The notes beneath the pieces were generated by a model. That model ran no database searches and had not been told where the DNA came from. It worked only from the letters and a program-made list of their open reading frames with translations. A DNA stretch of 64,000 nucleotides from Emiliania huxleyi CCMP1516 (Eukaryota): NCBI RefSeq assembly GCF_000372725.1, contig NW_005202303.1, positions 62,001 to 126,000 on the forward strand, written 5' to 3'. Position numbers and translations under genes: made by a program. This document shows positions 55,638-64,000 of the stretch, one piece after another (position 1 is the first letter of the stretch; each line of letters starts with the position of its first letter).

Positions 55638-55638
<1 letters not shown>

Positions 55639-56362
55639 TCACGTCACTGCATCCTCCGCCGGTTCCTCCCGTCGCCTCTTCTTTGTTCGAATGTTTTTCA
55701 ATCCATCCTTCACGAAGCCCTCCCATGTAACTAGCGTTCTTTGCGAATGTCTCGAAATGGCCAGCAGGCGCTGTCTGCTCGCGGTCTGTGCGGGCCGCTC
55801 GTCCTCCTCGCCCTTCTTTCGTCCTCCCGTCCCTCCCCTCCACCATGGCCTTCTCGGCACTTCTTTCTCCATCCGCCTCGCCCTGCCTTTTCGTATCGTG
55901 CCGTTCGCCCTCCATTCGGTGACCTCCATGGTTGTCCGCCTCCTTTTGGGTGGCGCTCTGGGCACGCCCTCCGGCACGCCCTCGCGTCTCGTGGTGCAGT
56001 CGCACTCTGCGCAAGGCCCCTCTCGGGGCAAGTCACGGACGGTCTCGTCCGCATCTAGGGCTCCACGGGGCCTCGTCGCCGGCGTGTACCGGCGGACAAA
56101 GATCTCCACGTCGGAGGTCAGCGCCGCGTCCGCCGCCTCGCCGAGGAAGGAGGCTGGCAGACTCCACAGCGCCGCCGCCGCCTCCGGGCCGATCGCCGAC
56201 TCGAGCTCCTCGCGGCTGAGGTTGAGCTGGTGGTCGGGAGCGCCGTCGACCGTGTCCGCCTTCTGCTGGCTCTCGTCATGGTTGCAACTAAAAAGACCTC
56301 CAAGCCCTGGGAGCCCTCCCCTTACTAAGAATTAGACTCTCTGCGAAGTCGGCGAGCGAAGC

Positions 56363-58336
56363 ATGCCTGCGCACTCCACAAACAGCGCATACCTGCTCTT
56401 CGGGCAGCAGGGCCTCGACGAGAACGGGCTTCCGCAGGCCGTCGACCTGCGCCCCACGAGGGGCGACCTCCGCTGGAACTGCACGTCGAACACTGTGCAG
56501 GGATTCGACGGGGTCAAGTGGCGGACACGTTTCCCTCCTGGCTGGCAGACAATGAAGAGCGGCCTGGAGGGCAACGTGCACAGCCGAGCCTTCAAGTTCA
56601 ACGCCGACGGCAAGACCCTCGCCAACTGGGAGGAATTCCTCCCGCAGCCTCTCATCCGCGACGTCCACGGCGAGGGCGGCGTGATGCGGGTGGAGAGGGG
56701 CCAGCTCGTGCCCGCCAGCCAGCGGGACGGCGGCCAGGGCGGACGCTCCGGCAACGGGTCCGGCGGACGCACCCGCAACGCCACGCCCGCACCGAAGCCT
56801 ATCCGGCTATTGCCCACCCTGCTGCCAGTCGACGCTCCCGCGGGTTCGTTCATCACGCACCCCTCCACTGGGCGGTTGATGATCTACCGCGTCTGGTTCT
56901 CGCAGTGGATGCAAGACTGGATGCGAAGGTGGCAACCCGTGGACAGCTGGTTCGACAAAGATGTGCTCGCCGCGATCAGCCGCTCGCCGCTGTACAAGCT
57001 GCTCGAGGCGAAGTCCAAGGAGCTGCAGGGTGCGACCTTCGAGGAGCGGCTGCCGATCATGGCAGACGAGCTCGTCGCCGTGCTCGAGCCGCGCGCCTTT
57101 GGCGAGCTGCCACCGGAGCTCCGCGAGCTGATGGCTGTCATCGACACCGGGTCGGACGTCGCGGCGGCAAACGTCGACCTGCCAAAGGTGTACGGATGGT
57201 TTGGCGCCGCCGCCGTCGTGGCGCCTCTCGTTGCTCTCTGGGCTCCGAATGGCGTGCACGCACGACTGCGGCAGCAGTCCCGCGTGAGGTGCACCGCACC
57301 TCACGCAGGCTCGAGCCTCCGCTCGAGCCACGGTGGCGGGCCCTCGGTCCGCCGCCGCCATCGCGGGCCGACCAGAGACGTCGGCCCGCGGGTCACTCCT
57401 CATCGAGGAGTGATCGGGACAGCCGAACCCACACCGCCCTCGGCCCTCCCCTCCTAGGTGCTCACCACCAGTCCCCTCCCCGCTGCAGCCGGACTCCTCG
57501 CTTTTCGCCCCCGACGACCTCCGCGCGCTGACGGACGACCAGCGCCGCGTCGTTGAGGCCGAACACTTCGGCCTCGACCCCTTCAACGAGGAGACCATGT
57601 CGGACGCCGAGTTTCGAGCGTGGTCGCGCGAGCTGCCAAAGGTTGTGCCGCCCTCTCTGCATGGGGGCAAGCGCTGCTCTACGGCTGCGCTGACACTCTT
57701 CGACATGGAGTTTCGCAGCGCCAAGCGGCAGGTGCATGGGCGCGCGCCAGGGCGGGGTTTGGGGTCCCACACGACCCGACACCGCGTGCACGTAACGGGA
57801 ACAGGGCCAAATCAACGCCACGCTGGGCGTCGAGCGCAAGCGCCAGACGGACGTCGGCGCCTTCGGCGTTGACGCGGGCGGCGAGGGTGTGGTCGAGGAG
57901 GAGTTCAACGAGCTTGACGCGCTCGGCCTCGACGCCGCTGCCTGGGAGGCGTTCCTGCAACACATTTGCGACACACCTGGACGCCCCTTCTGCTGGGGGT
58001 CTCCGGAGCTGCGAGCGTTCCGCGAGGCCGGCCGTCCCGACGGACGCGACGCGTGCCCGCTGCTCAAGAAGGCGTTCGAGACGCCGATCGGCTCCATCTT
58101 CTTTCCGCGCGGACGATGCAGCTAGGACATACTCTCCCGATACGCCGTCCCTTCGAGTGTGATAGGCCCCTCGTGCGCCAAGCCCTTCTCCTTCTCCATG
58201 GGCGTGCTGGTGCCGCTCTTCCTCGGCATCGTGCACGAGCACACCGCGCTCGCGGATGCCAAGCACGAGGCGCTGATCATCCACGCCATCGTGCAGGCGC
58301 TGATCAAGCATTACGTGTCGACGGAGGAGATCTGAG
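56363..58336 (+). CDS. Hypothetical protein, probably spliced
   Basis: Consecutive coding-like segments (MPAHSTNS..., MSDAEFRAWSRELP..., WEAFLQHICD..., LIIHAIVQALIKHYVSTEEI*) with plausible splice sites near 57457 and 57732-57803. Confidence 0.4.
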
Positions 58337-58808
58337 GTGAGCCCCTCCGCCGCGTGCGTGCAGCCGTGCTACCTTCTCTCTTTGCACACCACTGATGTCT
58401 CCTTCGCCTCTCAGGCTCACTCCTCGTTGCGCTACGCCGCGCCACCCGCCACCCCGTTGCTGCGCCGCCGTCCACCCGCTTCTCCTCACCCCTGTCCACG
58501 CCGCGAGGCTCGCGCGCCACGAGAGCGAGAGCGAGACGTCTCTGTCTCTGCGCCTCTCCCGCTCTCTATGTACTGTTGCAGAGTCTGAAAATGAGGTGTG
58601 CGTGACTCTTGTCGGCGAGCCGCGGGTGGGCTTGCGTTTACTTCTGAGATGGAACCCATACACGCTTATTGTCTGAGAGTGGGGGGATTGGGCTCGCGAG
58701 GAGATACCACCACAACAACAGGTACGAGGGCCTACCACACGCGGCTCTGTGACTTCTCGAGCCCACTATCACACACACTCGAGAGAGCGGAGAAACCTGC
58801 TCCATCCA

Positions 58809-59894
58809 CTAGTCGGACTGCGTCTCCGGGTTCAGCACCGCGAACTCGTGCGGGGTTGGTGTCGCATCCGGACACTTGGCGAGCGAGCGGAAGGCTCGCG
58901 CTGCGCTAATCGGCTGCTTGGCGTAACTCGCAGCGAAGCGAGACACGGCCTCGCAGAGCGACGCCTTCAGGGCACCGTCATTCTCGGCTTCCCCGTACCT
59001 GGCAGGAGAGGTGGCAGCGCGTGGGCTGCGCGTGTGGTACAAGGCAACCGGGCGGGCGGGCCGGGCGGCAAGGCACCAGAGCTGCCCAAAGCGCTCGCGC
59101 AGGTAGACGAGCTCGTTCTTCTGGACAAACGCCTCCGGGGCGACGGAGGTGGCATCGGCGGGGCTGAGGCCCAGGGCCTCACAGGTAGCGCCCGTGGGCT
59201 CGACCGGCCTCATGCACAAGACCTTGTATGTGTGGCCGGGCGGCCCGCGCATCTCTGTCCGCACTATCTCGTGCGGCAGCGGCCCGAGCCGGTCCACAAA
59301 GTACATCATGCCGTCCTTGGTGTGGATCTTGGCGGCGCGCCTCTTGGTCGAAGAAAAGCGGGCGGCCTCCGGCATTGGCCGCTTCTTGCCGCCCGAGTGG
59401 TGTTTGCACTTGGCAATCAGATCGCACACGCGCTGCACAGCAACAGTGTCGGGCACGCCCGCCGGGACGAAGGGGCGCAGGACGTGCGCCGGGACCCAGC
59501 GGCCAGTGCCATCCGGCGACCGCCGCACGCTGATCCGGCGCGTCGCCGCGAGGGGCGAGACGGACGAATGTTGGCCGTCGAGAAGGCCGGTGCGCGCGCC
59601 TTGCGAGGACAGTTCGCTCTGTGGCAGCTCGCCGACCACGTAGACCCACGCGACGTGCGGATCGTCGCGCGTCCACGTCCGCCAGCTGGGCTTCATGTCG
59701 TCGAGCACGCCGATGCAGGCGCCGTTGAGGTGGCTGTACTTCTTGTGGCGCAAGTGCGCGTGCGCCGACGGAGTCTCGATCACCTCGGTTGTCCCGAACT
59801 GAAAGTACGCAGCGTCGTGGACGAGAAGCATCGCGAGGGGAGTCGGGTCGTCAACGAACAGCGAGACGTAGAGCGGGTCAACCACGACCACCAT
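58809..59894 (-). CDS. Hypothetical intronless protein, 361 aa
   Basis: ATG-initiated ORF with protein-like composition; no motif recognised. Confidence 0.4.
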   Translation of the reverse strand: MVVVVDPLYVSLFVDDPTPLAMLLVHDAAYFQFGTTEVIETPSAHAHLRHKKYSHLNGACIGVLDDMKPSWRTWTRDDPHVAWVYVVGELPQSELSSQGARTGLLDGQHSSVSPLAATRRISVRRSPDGTGRWVPAHVLRPFVPAGVPDTVAVQRVCDLIAKCKHHSGGKKRPMPEAARFSSTKRRAAKIHTKDGMMYFVDRLGPLPHEIVRTEMRGPPGHTYKVLCMRPVEPTGATCEALGLSPADATSVAPEAFVQKNELVYLRERFGQLWCLAARPARPVALYHTRSPRAATSPARYGEAENDGALKASLCEAVSRFAASYAKQPISAARAFRSLAKCPDATPTPHEFAVLNPETQSD

Positions 59895-61831
59895 CAGCCG
59901 TCACAACATATAGGCAGGGCGTGCATCGGCGTCGCAGAAATTCTTTTATATTGCACGGCCACTAGCACGGGAGCCGGAAAAGAACTCTCTGTTGCGATGC
60001 ACCCAGTCAGCTGCTTGCTTGCTCAATCAAATGGCGTCCACAAACAAGGACCAAACAACAATTCCTATTGCCAAAAAAATCTCTCTCGCTCAAACAAGGT
60101 GTGCAGCCAGGGCAGCCAGGTGGGAGACCTGAAATGCTGCCGCCTGGCAGACGGAAGCACGGAACACGCACGCGCTTGCGGATCCATTTCCCTGCGATAC
60201 GCAGAAAAACTGCTTCTCCTCCTCAGTATGCGGCTCCCAAGGACCGAGCAACTTGTTGCCGTGCGCCTTTTATTGCGTCCGAGGGAGACGCGGCACGAAA
60301 ATACCAAATGGAAAGGCCCAGGAGCGACAATGGGCCGCGCACGGCATTTAATTTTTCCAAACCGTCCCGAAACGTGTTCACGACAATGCGTTGTGAAAGT
60401 CTCAATTAGTAATCGACCGTCCATCATCGCTTGCGCGTTGTGGCCCGCGCATAGATTTTCGCGGAAATCGCTTGGTAGGGGTTCTTAATGCTACGTTTTC
60501 TTAATGCCCGAAACAGACTGTACATACCTTTGAGAATCCCCAGCGTCCCTCCCTCCTGGTCACAATCTCAATATCTCGACTGTACAACACGAAGTGCTGC
60601 GATCGGGGGTGGCCCATTTCTTTATACTTTCTTTTTTTGGGCCCTGTGGGCACCCTACGCTCAGATTTTGCCCCAGACCAGCTCTCACAGACTCAAACTC
60701 GAGTGGTCGAGAGTTGCCAGAATGGAGCACCAAACACCCTCTGGTTTCCCTGGAAATTTCCGCCAAAATTGCTGGGGAGGACCCTCTTGAGCACTTGAGC
60801 ACTTGATAGAATCATTGATAGGGTCGATTCCGCATGGTACGGGACCCCTCGATCGTCTCGCCCTCCCTCACTGGTGTGTTCCTTTGGGGGGGTCATAACA
60901 AACACGGTACAGACAGGAGGACCCTCTCGTTTCCTTCCTTTTTGGTTTCCGGAAACATGGGTACATGCCAATGCTGGCGTCTGGCGAGGTGTATATACTC
61001 CCACGCGGGCCTCTCCGATCTCGAGGTTTTAGTCTGGGCGAGCCTTGGCGAGACTGCGTCAGCTGTTCCCACAGCAGGCTGGAAATCTTCTCTCTGGAAA
61101 GTACCTCGCCAGAGGCGGTGAGCATTAGCCTAGGGAGAGGCAAGACGTCAACCGCCGAGCGAGCGAGGGAAAGAAACGTCTGGCCAGGCAGAGCGGAGCT
61201 TGCACTGACTGGTCCGCCCAGGTGCTGCATGCATGTGATGCGCTGCGAAAAAGGAGTAAAGGCTCGAGAGCTGAAAAAGGATTGAACGATATCGGTGTCG
61301 AAACACCGCTCTGACAGCGCTCACAGCTTAAAGGCTCGACAGCTTCACGGACGCGTCCCTGGCCCTGTCTCCTAGGGAGACTCTCACAGCTCGGGTTTTC
61401 AATTCTGTCGGGTACGCGCGGGAATTGAGAGAGTGCGGAGAGCGGGCGAGTGGCCGAGCAGTGGGCCGTGTTGGGAGCGCGGGCTGAAGCACCGGCTGCG
61501 GCGGGGAAATAAAAAATGGAGCTCGGCGAGGAAATAAAAAATGGTACTCGGCTACCCGGGTACCCGGGTAGGGTTGCGCCGCAACAGGCAATCCCTTTAC
61601 CTTTATAAGGTTCTGGAGGGCGAACTGAGCGAATTTTTGCAGCACTCCATGGCGTAGTCGCGCCAAAGTGCGAGTCGGCGCCGAGCTTTGAAAAAAGAAT
61701 TTAGCACGCCGCTGTCGCACGCAATACCTGAGTACGCAGCGCCATCGGCAGCGCGCGCCCAAAGTCGCCGCTCTGCGCCGCCTCGACGACGGCGGCCGGC
61801 GTCGTCTCGAGCTCGAGCCCGACGACAAGGG

Positions 61832-64000
61832 ATGACGCTTTTGCCGTGCTGCTTGTTGACGTCGAGCATCGCCATCCTCCTGCCGTCCGCGACGCACCGC
61901 ACGCCGCTCGCGCGGGCACGCGCTGCGCCGCGCGCCGCGGCGGAGAGCGTGGATGAGGACCTGCCTCGCGACCTGCGCTCGCTCGCGGAGCGCGCTCGCG
62001 TCGCCATCCGAGGAGCCGCGCTGAGTGGCGTGCGCGGCATGCTCATCGACGCGGCGGTTCCGACGCTCGACCCGGCGGTCTCGGACTTCGATCCATCGCT
62101 CCTCGCGCGCTTCGCCGTCGAGTGTGCCCGCGAGCTCCACTCGCTCGCCAGCCTCACCGGCAGCGGCGGGCGTGTGCTCATCCTCGTGCCGGGCCTGAGT
62201 TGTGCCGTCGCGGCGAACCAGTTCGCCGGCGAGGGGGAGGGCGAGGCGGAGGGCGGCGCGGTGGGCGCGGACGCCGCCGCCGCCGATGGCGAGAGCCGCT
62301 TCGAGATCCACTCGCTCGGGATGGCGCCGCTACCGTCCGTCTCTGCCGATCCGCCCGCTGCAGTGGCAGTGGTGGGGGTACCTCCTTCGGGAGATGCGGA
62401 CGACCCGACCGTCCAGATCGCGCGCGCGTGGCTGCGGCTCGTCTCCTCCCTCGCCGGCGAGCGTGGCGCCGGCCCGCCCTCCCCTCCTCCCCTCACGCTC
62501 GCCCTCAACCTGCGGTGCGGCCAGCTGGTGGAGCTGGCAGACTTCACAGACGTGTGCACGCTCGTGCCCTTCTCGGTGCTGCGGCGCGGCGGGCGCGGCC
62601 CGCTCGGCCGAGGCGAGCACCCCGAGGAGGAGCAAGCCAAGGTCTGCCACTCACCCCTGCACCCCGCGCCCACCTGAGTTCAGACCCCGTCACAGTCACG
62701 CTGGCTCCGCATCTCTCCGCATCTCTGCCCAGGTGCTGCTCTGGCAGCTTTACCCGGCGCCGTACCGCGTGCTGATTGCGCCGCCCGGCGGAGACGGCTC
62801 TCGCTCGCCGTTCGAGGAGGTGATCTCCCCAGATCTTTCCAGATCTCCCCGAATCTCCCCATAGGCTCTCGCTCGCCGTACGAGGAGGTGGCGGCGCTCG
62901 AGGAGCGGCCCGACATCGCACGCATCGGAGAGCTGGTCGAGGGGTGCGTAGATGCCGGACACAGGTGCGGAGGGAGGTGCCAGCGTCCCTGGCCAACACT
63001 CGACAAGACGCGCATGTGCAGCTGTCCTCACTGCTACGTGCTCGCGCCGCCTCCGCCGGCATTCGTAGCGCGTCCACCCGAGCCGCCGGTGTGCAGCGCA
63101 GCGCTACCGTGCCCTCGCCCTCGCGCCTCCCGTTTCCGCACTCTGTGTACAATTGCGTCAGGGGCAGCGAGTCCCTGCCCTCGCGCTTCCCGTCCGCACT
63201 CTGACCGCACTCTGTCCGCACTCTGTACACTCTGACCGCACTCTGTCCGCACAAGTCGAGGACCAGGTCGAGCCACTCTCGGCCACTCTCGGCCACCTCT
63301 CGGCCACTCTCGGCCACCTCTCGGCCACCTCTCGGCCACTCTCGGCCACCTCTCGGCCACTCTCGGCCACCTCTCGGCCACTCTCGCCGATTCTCGCCGA
63401 CTCTCGCCTGCAGGTCGAAGACGAGGTTGAGGCGATGCGCCGCCGCACGGCCTCCGCCTCCTCCCCCGCCTCCTCCCCCACCTCCTCCCCCCCGCCCGCC
63501 CCCTCGCTCGACGGCCGCGGGGACGGCGGCAAGGGCGTGCCACGAGGCACGGCGCCGCTGCAGGCGCACCTCGACACTTCCTATCTTCGCCTCTCCCTCG
63601 CTCTGCATCCGTATCGCGGCCTTGCATCGGCCTCGTACTCCCACAGTCACCCATTCGCCATCTCTGTCACTCCTCGACTCGCTCACTCCGATGCTTCCAC
63701 ACTCTCCTCACCCTCCTCCTCACTCCGCTCGCCACCTCGCTGCAGGACGCCGCGGCCCGGGCTGCGGCCCAGCGGGCGCTCTCCTCCGTCTTTTCGTCGC
63801 TCGAGTGGGATGCTCCGGAGGCGGAGGCGGGCGGAGGCGAGGCGGGCGGCGGAGAAGAGGGGGGGGCACCGCCGCCTCCTCCTCCTCCTCCGCCGCCGCC
63901 GCCGCCTGCGCCGCGACCGTCCGAGGCAGTCTACGCCGAGGCGGCCGAGGCGGCGATGGAGGGGGGGCTCTCGGTCGTCGCTCTGAGTTGGGAGGCGCCC
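61832..64000 (+). CDS. DUF1995-domain (LPA3-like) putative plastid protein, multi-exon, 3' end outside the window
   Basis: Signal plus transit-like N-terminus; LPRDLRSLAERARVAIRGAALSGVRGMLID, LALNLR, LLWQLYPAPYRVL...YEEVAALEERP pattern. Confidence 0.65.

Noticed and set aside
58749..60488. 579-aa plus-strand ORF
   Set aside because: Overlaps the more protein-like minus-strand ORF 58809-59894; Arg/Gly-rich shadow composition and no motifs.

Overview
GC-rich, intron-rich eukaryotic genomic DNA. Frequent GC-AG introns, 10-11-bp intronic tandem repeats, long CA/CT microsatellites and the gene content suggest a haptophyte such as Emiliania/Gephyrocapsa huxleyi (inference, not tested). Recognisable genes: PARP (5'-truncated), two heparan-sulfate-type sulfotransferases, a C-terminal J-domain protein, two prolyl-4-hydroxylase-like dioxygenases, an MFS transporter, an intronless divergent eIF4A-like helicase, a raffinose synthase/SIP (GH36) protein, a mitochondrial m-AAA FtsH protease and a DUF1995 protein. 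There is also an ALDH fragment, several orphans, and LINE/SINE-like debris. The two main signals are these. (1) Intron genesis appears visible in the sequence: many introns are bracketed by 19-29-bp duplications of exon sequence containing the AG|G(T/C) junction, a (CA)n...(CTTAC)n SINE-like element forms whole introns with TSD-supplied splice sites, and two introns of one gene are homologous. (2) An intronless ~1670-aa ORF fuses two carbohydrate-sulfotransferase domains to two GT34-like glycosyltransferase domains. Exon boundaries were inferred by eye and no database searches were run.
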